Assembly (NCBI GenBank): GCA_963716395.1
Contig: OY970309.1
Span: forward strand, 3,648,001-3,712,000
DNA length: 64,000 nt
Source of the DNA: an uncultured Fibrobacteria bacterium
GTDB lineage: Bacteria; Fibrobacterota; Fibrobacteria; UBA11236
Reading direction: 5' to 3'
Below, one piece after another: positions 43,664 to 54,140 of this stretch. Made by a program: the position numbers and the translations under genes. The notes beneath the pieces were generated by a model. The model was not told the DNA's origin, searched no databases, and was given only the letters and a program-made list of their open reading frames with translations. How positions within the stretch are numbered: position 1 is the stretch's first letter; every line of letters begins with the position of its first letter.

Positions 43664-45074
43664 GATCGATACCGTCGATGCGATAAACAGAGGCTGGACC
43701 GTATGCGGCCCGGCCGAGCCGGCGCCCCAGGGGATCCCAACCCGGACCGGTGAGGGGAAAAATTCGCACCCCCGCGGGCTGGTTCACATTCACGGAGGAT
43801 GCGAGGCTCATCGAAGCATCCATTTGACTGGAAACCATGGCGGCCAGGCTGGATTGACCATTAAAGGTGGTCGCGAAAAATACGAGGTCGTGGGTATGAT
43901 CCACGATGAATCCGGTCTTGGCCTGAATCGAAACGCTGTCGAAAATCACCGAGTCGACCGGAGCTTCGGCGACGCCGTAGATCTCCACGGAATTCATATT
44001 TCCACCCGCGATGGTGATGTTTTTAAAAAGAATGTCTTTCCAGAAGGGAGTGGTTGCGACTATGGGTTGGGCCGGATCCGTGGTGGGATCGGTAGTTTCG
44101 CTGTAATAACTCGTGATGTAAATGGGATGCTGAACCCCCGTCATTACGATGTTCTCGTAGATCAGGTGCTGAACCAATCCCCCATTGGTGCGGTTGGCCT
44201 TGAGGCGAAGGCCGTTGGTGGTCCCGGTCATGGTGCAACTGTCGACTAGGAGGCTGTCCAGGCCGTCATTCGTCTGGCCGCCCACCGAAATGCCATGCCC
44301 CGTTCCACAACGCAGGTGGGTGAGGGTAAAGTTTTTACAGAAGGCGTCCCCGGCCTTGATGGCCACGTTGTCGTCGCCCACGGCCAGGCTGTCGCGGGTG
44401 ATGAGGTAATCCACCCCCGACGGATCGATGGCATCGGTATTGGGCGCATCGGCGGGAGCGAGAATGGTCGCGGAGTCCACCGTGACTTCATTGTCATTCG
44501 AAAGCGCCAGGTGGAACATGGGGGAATTCTGGAGGGTCAGGCCGTGGACGTGAATACGCGTCGTGTTGGAGAGATGGATGAGGTAAGGACGGTGCGGCAT
44601 GTTCGAATTGGCATTGAAGGCCGACCACCACGGCCCCCCCTGCCCGTCGATGACGCCGTGGCCACTGATCGCCAGGTCGGTGGCGCCGTTAGAGGTGAGC
44701 CAATCGGTGTAGCGCGTCGCCGAGGCCGGTAACGGATAGGTGCCGTAAGACAAGGGTTCGACGCGGGCGCCCGCTTCCACGCGCAAATCGATGTGGCTGG
44801 CCAGTACCAGCGGGCCGCTCACATAGGCCTGGGAGGCCGCAGGAAAGTCGATCACGCCCCCGCCGGCCTTGGAAACGGAATCGATCAGCGCCTGCAGCGC
44901 ATTGGCATTGTCGGTGGATCCGTCGGCCACGACTCCGTGTTGGCGGACATCGATGACTGCGGCGGGAATCGCGGGAAGCGGCGGAATCACTACGGTGGCC
45001 CGGGCCGAAAGCAGGGCGGCAGTCACGACGAATAATGCTTGCGCGATCGATTTCGTCCCCACACGATCGGGCAT
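43647..45074 (-). CDS. glycoside hydrolase family 28 (polygalacturonase-like), secreted
   Basis: NTD, GDD, GHGISVG, RLK GH28 motifs; signal peptide. Confidence 0.88.
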   Translation of the reverse strand: MPDRVGTKSIAQALFVVTAALLSARATVVIPPLPAIPAAVIDVRQHGVVADGSTDNANALQALIDSVSKAGGGVIDFPAASQAYVSGPLVLASHIDLRVEAGARVEPLSYGTYPLPASATRYTDWLTSNGATDLAISGHGVIDGQGGPWWSAFNANSNMPHRPYLIHLSNTTRIHVHGLTLQNSPMFHLALSNDNEVTVDSATILAPADAPNTDAIDPSGVDYLITRDSLAVGDDNVAIKAGDAFCKNFTLTHLRCGTGHGISVGGQTNDGLDSLLVDSCTMTGTTNGLRLKANRTNGGLVQHLIYENIVMTGVQHPIYITSYYSETTDPTTDPAQPIVATTPFWKDILFKNITIAGGNMNSVEIYGVAEAPVDSVIFDSVSIQAKTGFIVDHTHDLVFFATTFNGQSSLAAMVSSQMDASMSLASSVNVNQPAGVRIFPLTGPGWDPLGRRLGRAAYGPASVYRIDGIDLSLKK

Positions 45075-45133
45075 TGCCACCCCTGGGAAAAAGGATACCC
45101 CTTGGAATCTACCCCAATTCACTCAAATCCGCT

Positions 45134-46651
45134 TCAGGCAAAGGCCAGAATGAATTCCTGGGTCGTGCGGTATTTCTCCAAAGCCTGGATGGCCGCGGGC
45201 ATTTGGTTCATTTCGGTCAGGTTGGCGAGGTAACGGCGAAAACGTATGGCGGCCTTGAGGTAATCGGTCGGCAGAATCAATTCTTCGCGGCGCGTGCCTG
45301 ACATGCCGATATCGATGGCCGGATAGATGCGCTTCTCGGCCAGGCGGCGGTTGAGCACCAATTCCATGTTGCCGGTGCCCTTGAACTCCTGAAAAATCAC
45401 TTCGTCCATCTGCGATCCGGTTTGCACCAAAGCGGTGGCGATGATGGTGAGACTGCCGCCTTCTTCCAGCTTGCGCGCCGCCCCGAAAAACTTCTTCGGT
45501 TCCTGCAGCGCCTTGGCGTCGACCCCACCCGACAAAGTGCGCCCCGAGGATTTGAGCTGGTTGTTATAGGCGCGCGACATGCGGGTGATCGAATCGAGCA
45601 GAATCACCACGTCTTTGCCCCGCTCAACTTTGCGCTCGGCCAGGTCGATCACCATTTGCGTGAGGGCGATGTGCTCCTCGATGGGTTTGTCGAGGCACGA
45701 GGCGTAGATCTTGCCGTTCACGCGGCGGGTCAGATGCGTCACTTCTTCGGGTCGTTCGTCGATGAGCAGCACGATGATTTCAGCTTCGGGGTGGTTGGCC
45801 GCGATGCCGTTGGCAATTTTTTCCAGCAGCATGGTTTTGCCGCTGCGCGGCGGCGCCACGATCAATCCGCGCTGCCCTTTGCCGATGGGCGTCAACAGTT
45901 CGAGCAAGGTCATGCTCTTGTCCGGATCCTCCGGCGTGGAGAGGCGGTAGAACTCGTAGGGGTTGACGCTGGTCAAAGTGTGAAACAGGGGCGATTGCCG
46001 CCAGGTTTCGATGGGTTCGTCCTGGATGGACAGAAGCTCGGTGACCACCTTTTGCCGATGATTGCGCTTCTGATGCACGATGGCCTGAATCTTGTGGCCC
46101 GCGCGCAACCCGAACCGGTGTACCATGTCGCGCGGAATCACGATGTCGGCGTCTTGGGATTGAAAGTTGATGCGTTCGGAGCGCATGAATCCGACGCCGC
46201 CGTCGGAGATTTGAATCAGCCCGGTGTATTCCTCGGCATCGGAACGCGCATCATATTCGCCGGAGAAATCCAGGGGTGGATCGCGCTTGTCCATACGCCG
46301 CTTGGGCTGCATGCGGGTCACGATGCGATCGATTTTGTTGCGCTTGCGCCGCCGCCGCAGGCTGTCATTGGACTCGTGGGAGATCTGCGAAAGGTTCTGA
46401 ATGCGGCGCTCCGCGTCGAAACCCTGCGGCTGCCGTTCATTGCCTGCGGAGACTTCACCCTCGTCGCCGCCTTCGTTTTCGTCTTCATCATCGGCAAACT
46501 CGGCCTCTTCGCCACCATCCGCCTCCTGCTCGTTTTCAGCCTCGACGAATTCGGGAGCGATCTCCTCTTCGACCCGCTCCGCCTCGAATTCTCGGCGCAC
46601 CGAACCGTTGTCGGCATTCATATCATCCGCCTCTTGTTTCTGCATGGGCAT
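45134..46651 (-). CDS. rho: transcription termination factor Rho with acidic N-terminal extension
   Basis: [48 protein letters not shown]. Confidence 0.95.
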   Translation of the reverse strand: MPMQKQEADDMNADNGSVRREFEAERVEEEIAPEFVEAENEQEADGGEEAEFADDEDENEGGDEGEVSAGNERQPQGFDAERRIQNLSQISHESNDSLRRRRKRNKIDRIVTRMQPKRRMDKRDPPLDFSGEYDARSDAEEYTGLIQISDGGVGFMRSERINFQSQDADIVIPRDMVHRFGLRAGHKIQAIVHQKRNHRQKVVTELLSIQDEPIETWRQSPLFHTLTSVNPYEFYRLSTPEDPDKSMTLLELLTPIGKGQRGLIVAPPRSGKTMLLEKIANGIAANHPEAEIIVLLIDERPEEVTHLTRRVNGKIYASCLDKPIEEHIALTQMVIDLAERKVERGKDVVILLDSITRMSRAYNNQLKSSGRTLSGGVDAKALQEPKKFFGAARKLEEGGSLTIIATALVQTGSQMDEVIFQEFKGTGNMELVLNRRLAEKRIYPAIDIGMSGTRREELILPTDYLKAAIRFRRYLANLTEMNQMPAAIQALEKYRTTQEFILAFA

Positions 46652-46998
46652 CCCCGTTCGGGATCATCTGGTTTGATTGCCGTTCGGCGCCCGGCGCCGA
46701 AGACGATCCCCGTTCCTTTGAATCCTTAGTGAACCGCGGCACCGGCGGTAATAAAATTTCCCGTATTCTGACTGGGAACCTATGCGTTCAGCATACCCAC
46801 TCTCCCGTCCCGAAACAATGCTGGTTTCAGAGATTTTCTTGCGGGAAAGGGAGTCTTTGAGCTCCCGGGCAACCGGAAAAACAAACCTTATCGACGCCCC
46901 AAATATACTCTTTCGCGGCGGTGAAAATCAAAATTCTCGGCATTTTTCCCTGTCGCTAGTCCGAAAAGTTGCGCTTGCTGCATCACCGGCGTCAAGTC

Positions 46999-47286
46999 TC
47001 AGCGTGGATTGTAATTGTTCATCACCACGAGTACGCCCGCGATGCAGGCCATCACCACGCTCCCCGCGATGATTTGCTGGCGATGGTTGAAAGAACGTTT
47101 GACGATGTGCGCGCTGTCGGCGCGCGAAAACGACTTGGACGCAGTATCCTTGGCGCCGGAAAAACGGCCGCTGGAATCGCGGGGTATATGCACCGAGGAT
47201 GAATCCAAGGGAGCCGCGGGCGGATCGCCCCATAACGGAGCCGTCGCACCCAGTACCAGCATGAACCCCGCAACCAGAATTTTCAC
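46999..47286 (-). CDS. small hypothetical exported/membrane protein
   Basis: GTG start overlaps gatB stop; signal peptide plus C-terminal TM. Confidence 0.45.
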   Translation of the reverse strand: MKILVAGFMLVLGATAPLWGDPPAAPLDSSSVHIPRDSSGRFSGAKDTASKSFSRADSAHIVKRSFNHRQQIIAGSVVMACIAGVLVVMNNYNPR

Positions 47287-48734
47287 GCGTCCAGCATTTT
47301 CTTCAGCAGTTCGTTGACCTGTTCGGGTCCGGCTTTGCCCTGGCAAAGACGCATCACCTGGCCCACGAAAAAGCCGAACAGTTTGGTCTTACCTGCCTTG
47401 TATTCTGCGACCTTGGCGGCGTTCGACTCCATCGCCTCGCGGATGAAACCTTCGATGGCCGCATCGTCGCGAATCACCATGAGGTTTTGCTCGTGCACGA
47501 TTTGCTCCGGAGGCTTGCCTTCGGCCGCCATGTGTTCGAATACGGTTTTGGCGATTTTCCCCGAGATGGCTCCGAAGCGGATCAGATTGATCATTTCGCC
47601 CAGATGACGCGGCGTGAACTTGAGATCGGCGATGGTCAGATTGCCTTCTTTGAGCACGCGCAGCACTTCGCCCATCACCCAGTTCGAAGCCGCCTTCTTG
47701 TCGTCGGTCACGGCGCATACGGCCTCGAAAAACTCGGACACCGCTTTTTCGCGGGTGAGCACGTCGGCGTCGTAAAACGGCAGCGCAAAGGCGTCGACGT
47801 AGCGATGGCGGCGCGCTTCGGGCAATTCGGGCAGCGCGGCGCGAATGCGGTCGACATCGAATTCCTCCACGCGCAGGCGCACCAGATCGGGCTCGGGGAA
47901 ATAGCGGTAATCCTGCGCGTCTTCTTTGCTGCGCACCGCCACGGTGACGCCTTTCTGCACGTCCCAGCGCTTGGTTTCGCGCGCCACCACACCCCCGCGA
48001 TCCAGGATGGTGGTTTGCAATTCGATTTCGGCCTGCAAGGCCTTCTCGATATTATGGAACGAATTCATGTTCTTCAATTCCACCCGGTTGCCGAACGGCG
48101 CATCCTCGTCGCGGCGCAGCGACACGTTGGCGTCGCAACGCAAATTGCCGCGCTCCATGTTGGCGTCGCAAATTTCGAGATACTCCAATATCTGCTTGAG
48201 TTTCTCCAGATAGAGAAAGGCCTCGCGCGGCGAACGCAGTTCGGGCTCGGAGACGATTTCAATCAGCGGAGTGCCGCAGCGGTTGGCGTCGAACAGCGAG
48301 TCGCCCACGGTCAGGTCGTGGATCAATTTGCCCGCATCCTCTTCCATGTGGATGCGCGTGAGGGCGATGCGTTTACGCGCGCCCCCGTCGAGGTCGATTT
48401 CGAGTTGCCCCCCGGTGCAAATGGGCTTGTCATACACCGGCGATCCGCCCTGTTGGGTAATCTGGTAGCCTTTGGGCAAATCGGGATAGAAGTAATTCTT
48501 GCGCGTCCACATGGGTCGCGGCTCGATGCGCGCGCCGCAGGCCAGGCCCATTTTGATGGCGCATTCCACCGCTGCGGCATTGGGCGCGGGCAGGGCGCCG
48601 GGCATGCCCAGGCATACCGGGCAAATTAAGGTGTTGGGCTCGGCGCCGAATTCAACGCGGCAGCCGCAGAACATCTTGGTGTGGGTGGAGAGCTGCGCAT
48701 GCACTTCCAATCCGATGACGATGCTGTAAGACAT
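47283..48734 (-). CDS. gatB: Asp-tRNA(Asn)/Glu-tRNA(Gln) amidotransferase subunit B
   Basis: IGLEVHAQL, RKNYFYPDLPKGYQITQ, HMEEDAGK, DYRYFPEPDL. Confidence 0.97.
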   Translation of the reverse strand: MSYSIVIGLEVHAQLSTHTKMFCGCRVEFGAEPNTLICPVCLGMPGALPAPNAAAVECAIKMGLACGARIEPRPMWTRKNYFYPDLPKGYQITQQGGSPVYDKPICTGGQLEIDLDGGARKRIALTRIHMEEDAGKLIHDLTVGDSLFDANRCGTPLIEIVSEPELRSPREAFLYLEKLKQILEYLEICDANMERGNLRCDANVSLRRDEDAPFGNRVELKNMNSFHNIEKALQAEIELQTTILDRGGVVARETKRWDVQKGVTVAVRSKEDAQDYRYFPEPDLVRLRVEEFDVDRIRAALPELPEARRHRYVDAFALPFYDADVLTREKAVSEFFEAVCAVTDDKKAASNWVMGEVLRVLKEGNLTIADLKFTPRHLGEMINLIRFGAISGKIAKTVFEHMAAEGKPPEQIVHEQNLMVIRDDAAIEGFIREAMESNAAKVAEYKAGKTKLFGFFVGQVMRLCQGKAGPEQVNELLKKMLDA

Positions 48735-48803
48735 AGGGCAAAACTAAAAAACCCGGGCGCCACCGCCGGAGGCACGCGGATACGCGTTATCTTTCCGCGG
48801 CGC

Positions 48804-49505
48804 ATGCCGCTGCCGTCCGGCCTTTCCGATTATGAATTCCAACGCGTGCTGACCCCCAGCCGCGATGTGCCGCATTACCATCACCTGCGTCTGCTCAAAG
48901 ACGACGACAATGTGCCCCTGCGGTTGGATGCGACCGCGCCGCGGCCGCCGCCGCTGGACCTCGCAGCTTTCTTCGGCGCGCCGCCGCCACTGGAAATCGA
49001 AGTGGGCTGCGGCAAGGGCGGATTTTTTCTGGCCTATTGCGAACGCCATCCGGAGCGGGCTTTTCTGGCTCTGGAAAAAGAGGCTTCCATCGCCTTTCTC
49101 GCCGCCGGGCGCTTGGCCAAACGGCCGACCTTGAAGCATGCGCGCATCGTGCTGGCCGACGCCGTGATTTTTTTCCGCGATTTTCTACCCGCGCAGTGCG
49201 TGGCGGCGGTGCACATTTATTTTCCCGACCCGTGGCCCAAGAAACGCCATCACAAACACCGGCTGATGCAGGCCAATTTTCTGGATCAGCTGCACCGGAT
49301 CGCCTTGCCGGAGGCGGCGGTGTATTTCGCCACCGATCACCCGGAGTACAACGCCGAAGCGCGGGCGTTGTTCGCCCAAACGCCCTGGCTGGAAATGACG
49401 GAGGCGGATGCGCCGCCCACCGAAGGCCTGCAAACCAATTTCGAAGTGAAATACCGCCAGGCGGGCAAGCCCATTTACCGCTGTGCGCTGCGGGTGCGGG
49501 GTTGA
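48804..49505 (+). CDS. trmB: tRNA (guanine-N7)-methyltransferase
   Basis: EVGCGKG, FPDPWPKKRHHKHRL, ATD, TNFE. Confidence 0.9.
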   Translation: MPLPSGLSDYEFQRVLTPSRDVPHYHHLRLLKDDDNVPLRLDATAPRPPPLDLAAFFGAPPPLEIEVGCGKGGFFLAYCERHPERAFLALEKEASIAFLAAGRLAKRPTLKHARIVLADAVIFFRDFLPAQCVAAVHIYFPDPWPKKRHHKHRLMQANFLDQLHRIALPEAAVYFATDHPEYNAEARALFAQTPWLEMTEADAPPTEGLQTNFEVKYRQAGKPIYRCALRVRG

Positions 49506-50357
49506 CCCCGGCGCAGAATTCCGGGCAGCATGCGGGCATGCCATTGCCGCCATAATTCGTAGTGGCGGTACTGCTTTTCCCGCCGCCGGAATTCCGCCCC
49601 ATGCACCACGCGCCGACCGTTGCGGAGCTCGGGCGGCACGATGATGTGCAGGCATTCATGGTACACCACGCCGGCCACGATCTCGGGCGTGGCGGAAGGG
49701 TGATCGTATCCCCGGCTCACGGTGATGAGCGCATAGGGCCGGCCTGCGGCGTCCTGCTGCGTCGATTGGGTCGACAGCCCGCCCCAGCGCCGCGACCAGG
49801 TGATGCGGGCCTGCAGAACTCCGCCGAAATATTTCGGCATTCACCGCGGCCAAAACGGCTGCGAGATCGTGGTGGACGCCCTTGGGCTGCAAGCGCTGCA
49901 GGCGGCGCGCGGCGGCGGCGGCCTGCCGGCGCCCCGCATTCGGTTCGGCGGCGCGATCCGCCTCCATCCAGGCCAGCACACGGCGTTCCCAGTCGCGGCG
50001 AGCACCGCGCCCTTCCGGCGTCAGACGCCGGCCGCGCAGCGAGAGGCGCGCCCATTCCAGCAGAGCCGTGTGGATTGCGGCGGGAGCGGCCAGCAACCGG
50101 CGCGGCACGGAGAGTTCGGCCGATTCTCCGCGTCGCCATTCCAGGCGCCAGCTTTGCCGCAACCGCGGCGGAACGCGGATATGGATGCCGGCATAGGGCC
50201 CCTGGCAGCGGCCGGGTAAATCGGCGGCGGCGGGCGGGTTCGGCGGGGCCGCGAGTGGTTTCGGCGCCACCACCGCAACGGGCGTGGTCGGCTCGACCGG
50301 GCTCGCCGCGACCGCCGGTGCGATTTCGAACAGCGACAGTTGCCGCCAGGCGATCAT
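49475..50357 (-). CDS. SprT/YgjP-like zinc metallopeptidase-domain protein; frameshift near 49830
   Basis: GVHHDLAAV..VNAE then YFGG..ITW..HP..VVYHECLH..HGAEFRRRE (HExxH) in an adjacent frame. Confidence 0.65.
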
Positions 50358-52573
50358 GGCTGCGAAGAATCCGGCGCGGCCCGCTTGGGTGCGACGGCCG
50401 GGGTCGGCACGGGAATGATGTCTTCGGGTTTCACCTGACCGTTGCGACGGTCCATGGCCTTGAATTCCTGGGCCATGTTCACGCCTTTTTGCTCGGGTCG
50501 CAAAATGTGCGGCGTAACATAGATCACGAGTTCCGTAGTCACTTTCAAATCCTGGTGGTAGGAAAACAGCCACTTGAGCAATGGAATGCTGCCCAGAATG
50601 GGCACGAACTTGCGCTGCGAATCCTCCTGCGAGGTGATGAGGCCGCCCAGAGCGATGGTTTCGCCGTCCATCAAATCCACATTGGTGGAAATGGAACGGT
50701 TGGTGATGGGCGCGGGGCTATTGCTCACGGCCTGGCCAGCGGTTTTGATGGTAGGGGTGATATCCACGTTGACGTCGCCGTGCTGGGTGATCCACGGCGT
50801 CAATTCAATGGTGATCCCGTCGTCGATGGCGCGGAAATCGTTGTTCTGAAATCCGTCCTTGGTCACCGAACTCACCTCGTAATAGGAGGTGCGCGTCACC
50901 TGCAATTGGGCTTTGTTGCCGTTGAGGGTGGTGATTTTCGGCTCGGCCAGCACGCGGGCCCGATCTTCGGATTCGAGGGCGTTGAGGCTGAGGTCGAAGG
51001 TGGGCGGCAGAATGCCGATGGCGCCGCGGAATGATCCCTGCTGAAAGGCATCGCGCACGCCGCTCAGACTGGTTTCCACGTTCAGGTTCGGCCCCTCGTT
51101 GGAGGACTTGCCGGCAGCCACGCCGAATTGCGCCGTGTGTTGCAGGTTGTACTCCACCACCACCACTTCCAGCATCACTTGCGGCGTGGGCAAATCGATT
51201 TTGCCGATGAATTCTTTGGCCTGCTCGATGTCTTCGCCCGTGCCCGCGATGAGCAGCGCATTCTGCTCCTTGACCACCGTCGCATTATCCTGCAAAGCCT
51301 TGGGCAACAGCTTGAGCGCATTTTCGGCGCGCGTGTATTTCAAGAAGACCAGGTCGGCTCCGGACAGGGCCTGGCCCGAAGGCGTGTTGGGATTGCGGTC
51401 GCCGACCAGCAAGGTGCCCTGGCGGTTGATGAAGGTGAAGCGCGTGCCGGTCAGGATATGCGCCAACGCCTCTTCCACGGGCACGTCGCGCATCTGGGCA
51501 TTCACGGTGCCGGAGAGGTCGCTGATCACCGAGTAGTTCAAGCCCGCCTGTTCGGCGATTTCGCGCACCACGTCGGCCAGGGCGGAATTATGGCAGGTCA
51601 AGGTCACCTTGCCGTCATGCACATCGACGTCGCCGTTGCCGCCCGCCCCCGGCAGGAAGCGGCGACGGCCGGGAAAGGCGGGATTGGCGGGTTCCGCCCC
51701 CTCTTCGGCTTCGACCAGATAGACGCCGCTGCGAATATGCACCGAGAAATTGTTCGCGGCCATGAGCGCCTTGAGGCCGTCGAGCGGCCGCACGTCGCGC
51801 AATTGGCCGCTCACCGTGCCATCGAGGCCCTGGCCCGGCACCACGTTGATGCCGGTTTTTTCTCCGAACTCGCGTAGAAACTCGCGGACGGGAGCGTTCT
51901 TCACATCGACGGACATTTTTCCGGCATGCATTTGCAGCACGCTTTGCACGATTTCTTTGTGGCGCTGCACGTGAAAGACGTCGCCTGTGCGCACGAAGTC
52001 CAGTCCGTGGCTGCTGCAGATTTGATCCAGGCCTTCCAGCACGGGAATTTTTTCCAGGTGGATGGTGACCTTGACATCGCCGAGGTCGCTGTCGGGCACG
52101 ATGCTGAGGCCGTAGGCCGTGCCGATGGATCGCAGCACATTGAGAATGGGCTCGTTGACATAATCGACGTTGAGCAAACGCCCGGTGTCGGGCGCGGCGC
52201 CGCGGGCCTGCGCCGCCTCTTCGCGCCGGGCGTGCGCGGATTTTTTGCCTTTGGCCGGATGGCGCGCCACGGTTCCCGCGGCCGGCGGTGCGCCCAAGGT
52301 CCGGGGCGGTTCCTTGCTCTCCAGATTGTTCGGCGCCGCATTGTCCGGACGCGTCGGAACCACGGTTCCGGCGCCGGGCGGCGTAGCCGGCGGCGCGGGG
52401 GCCTCGGGCGCCGTTTCCGGCGGCGCCGGCTGCTGCTCCGGAGCCGGATTCGACGGCGGTAGCGGCGGCGTTACGACCGGAGGCGGTGCGACGGCCGTGC
52501 TCTCGACCCCGCTGTCTTGCGCGGCCGCCGCCGCGGCCAGGGCCAAAGCCAGGCACCAGGCCCAGCGCATCAC
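50354..52573 (-). CDS. gspD: secretin (GspD/PilQ-like) with repeated STN-like N-domains
   Basis: PQVMLEVVVVE, AEPKITTLNG, ITIELTPWI, DGETIALGGL, VPILGSIP. Confidence 0.88.
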   Translation of the reverse strand: MMRWAWCLALALAAAAAAQDSGVESTAVAPPPVVTPPLPPSNPAPEQQPAPPETAPEAPAPPATPPGAGTVVPTRPDNAAPNNLESKEPPRTLGAPPAAGTVARHPAKGKKSAHARREEAAQARGAAPDTGRLLNVDYVNEPILNVLRSIGTAYGLSIVPDSDLGDVKVTIHLEKIPVLEGLDQICSSHGLDFVRTGDVFHVQRHKEIVQSVLQMHAGKMSVDVKNAPVREFLREFGEKTGINVVPGQGLDGTVSGQLRDVRPLDGLKALMAANNFSVHIRSGVYLVEAEEGAEPANPAFPGRRRFLPGAGGNGDVDVHDGKVTLTCHNSALADVVREIAEQAGLNYSVISDLSGTVNAQMRDVPVEEALAHILTGTRFTFINRQGTLLVGDRNPNTPSGQALSGADLVFLKYTRAENALKLLPKALQDNATVVKEQNALLIAGTGEDIEQAKEFIGKIDLPTPQVMLEVVVVEYNLQHTAQFGVAAGKSSNEGPNLNVETSLSGVRDAFQQGSFRGAIGILPPTFDLSLNALESEDRARVLAEPKITTLNGNKAQLQVTRTSYYEVSSVTKDGFQNNDFRAIDDGITIELTPWITQHGDVNVDITPTIKTAGQAVSNSPAPITNRSISTNVDLMDGETIALGGLITSQEDSQRKFVPILGSIPLLKWLFSYHQDLKVTTELVIYVTPHILRPEQKGVNMAQEFKAMDRRNGQVKPEDIIPVPTPAVAPKRAAPDSSQP

Positions 52574-54078
52574 GCCTGCGCCTCCATCACCGCGACCCGG
52601 ATCAACTCCGAGGCCGTGGTCAGGCCTTGGCGCATCTTATCCAATCCGTCTTCCACCATGGTGCCATACCCCGACAACCGGCGGATGTCGGATTCGCTTT
52701 TGCCCGTGACCACCGCCTCGCGCACCGTGGCGTCGAAGGGCAGAAGTTCGAACACCCCCGTGCGGCCGCGGTAGCCGGTATGATGGCAGGCGGGGCACCC
52801 CACGGCCGCGGGAATGAGATCGGGCAGATGGGGCAGAAACAGCTTCTCTTCCGTGGTGGGCGCAGCCGTACGCTTGCACGCCGGACACAAAATGCGCACC
52901 AAGCGTTGCGACAAAACTCCGAGCACGGCCGAGCCGATGAGAAAGGGTTTGACCTTGAGATCCAGCAGGCGGGTCACGGCCGACACCGCGTCGTTGGTAT
53001 GCAAAGTCGAGAAGACCAGATGGCCGGTTTGGGCCGCCTGCACCGCGATGGCTGCCGTCTCTTCGTCGCGAATCTCCCCCACCATGATCACATCGGGATC
53101 TTGCCGCAGAATCGAGCGCAATACGCTGGAAAAGGTCAGCCCCGCCTTCTCGTTGATCTGCACCTGGTTGGCGCCGTCGAGCCGGTATTCGATCGGGTCT
53201 TCGATGGTGGAAATATTGATGTCCTGGCGGAGTATGGCGCTGAGGGCCGCGTACAAGGTCGACGATTTTCCCGAACCCGTGGGGCCGGTGACGAAAAGCA
53301 TGCCCTGGGGGCGATGGATGATATGTTTCACGGATTGCAGCAACGCCGGCGACATGCCCAGCGAATCCAAAGTCGAAACATATTCCAGATGCTTGAGAAT
53401 GCGGATTACCACCTTCTCGCCCACGCGCGTGGGCAAGGTCGACACGCGCATATCGATGGCTTCGCCGTCAAAGGGCCATTTGATGCGCCCGTCCTGCGGC
53501 AGCCGCTTTTCGGAAATGTCGAGGTCGGCGAGAATCTTGATGCGCGACACCAAAGAAGCCTGCACCCATTTGGGCAATTCCAGCGCGTCTTTGAGCAACC
53601 CGTCTTTGCGGTAGCGGACCTTGACCAAGACTTCGCCCGGCTCGATATGCACGTCGGTGGCCAATTCGGAAATAGCCTGATTGAGCAAATTGTTGACCAA
53701 TTTGATCACCGGTTCCGATTGGCTTTTCTTGCGGATCTCTTCGATGCTCGACGCGTCGGAAATGGAGACATCGGATTTCAACAGTTCCGAGAGCAGGGTG
53801 CCGTTGCCCATGCCGCCGGCTCCCAACAAAGCCGCCAGGCGGGCGTCGATCCAGCGCGCATCCACGGGCGTGAAGTCGACCGGCGCGCCCAGGCGCAGTT
53901 GCAAGGCTTCGCGCAGCAATTCGTCGCCCGGATTCTGCGCGGCAAAGCGGTAAACGCCGGCTTCGCGGCCGAGGGGATAGACCCGGCCCCGCACGCAGAT
54001 ATCCCGCCCCGCGGCTTCCACCCATTCGGTTTCCGCCTCCAGCGATGCGGAGAACAGCGGGGAGTTTTTGTCGGGCAT
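52570..54078 (-). CDS. gspE: GspE/PilB-family secretion ATPase
   Basis: DVHIEP, LPQDGR, GPTGSGKS, EDPIE, RQDPD, CPAC...CPAC zinc motif. Confidence 0.92.
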   Translation of the reverse strand: MPDKNSPLFSASLEAETEWVEAAGRDICVRGRVYPLGREAGVYRFAAQNPGDELLREALQLRLGAPVDFTPVDARWIDARLAALLGAGGMGNGTLLSELLKSDVSISDASSIEEIRKKSQSEPVIKLVNNLLNQAISELATDVHIEPGEVLVKVRYRKDGLLKDALELPKWVQASLVSRIKILADLDISEKRLPQDGRIKWPFDGEAIDMRVSTLPTRVGEKVVIRILKHLEYVSTLDSLGMSPALLQSVKHIIHRPQGMLFVTGPTGSGKSSTLYAALSAILRQDINISTIEDPIEYRLDGANQVQINEKAGLTFSSVLRSILRQDPDVIMVGEIRDEETAAIAVQAAQTGHLVFSTLHTNDAVSAVTRLLDLKVKPFLIGSAVLGVLSQRLVRILCPACKRTAAPTTEEKLFLPHLPDLIPAAVGCPACHHTGYRGRTGVFELLPFDATVREAVVTGKSESDIRRLSGYGTMVEDGLDKMRQGLTTASELIRVAVMEAQA

Positions 54079-54108
54079 CAAGGTTGTTCTGCTTGGCTGG
54101 ATAAGTTG

Positions 54109-54140
54109 GGCGATAGATTTGGCGATAGATTTGGCGATAT
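54109..54140. repeat. 12-bp tandem direct repeat, about 2.7 copies
   Basis: GGCGATAGATTT GGCGATAGATTT GGCGATAT. Confidence 0.85.

Noticed and set aside
54109-54140. Possible CRISPR repeat
   Set aside because: 12-bp units with no spacers and no cas genes; no CRISPR array seen in the window.
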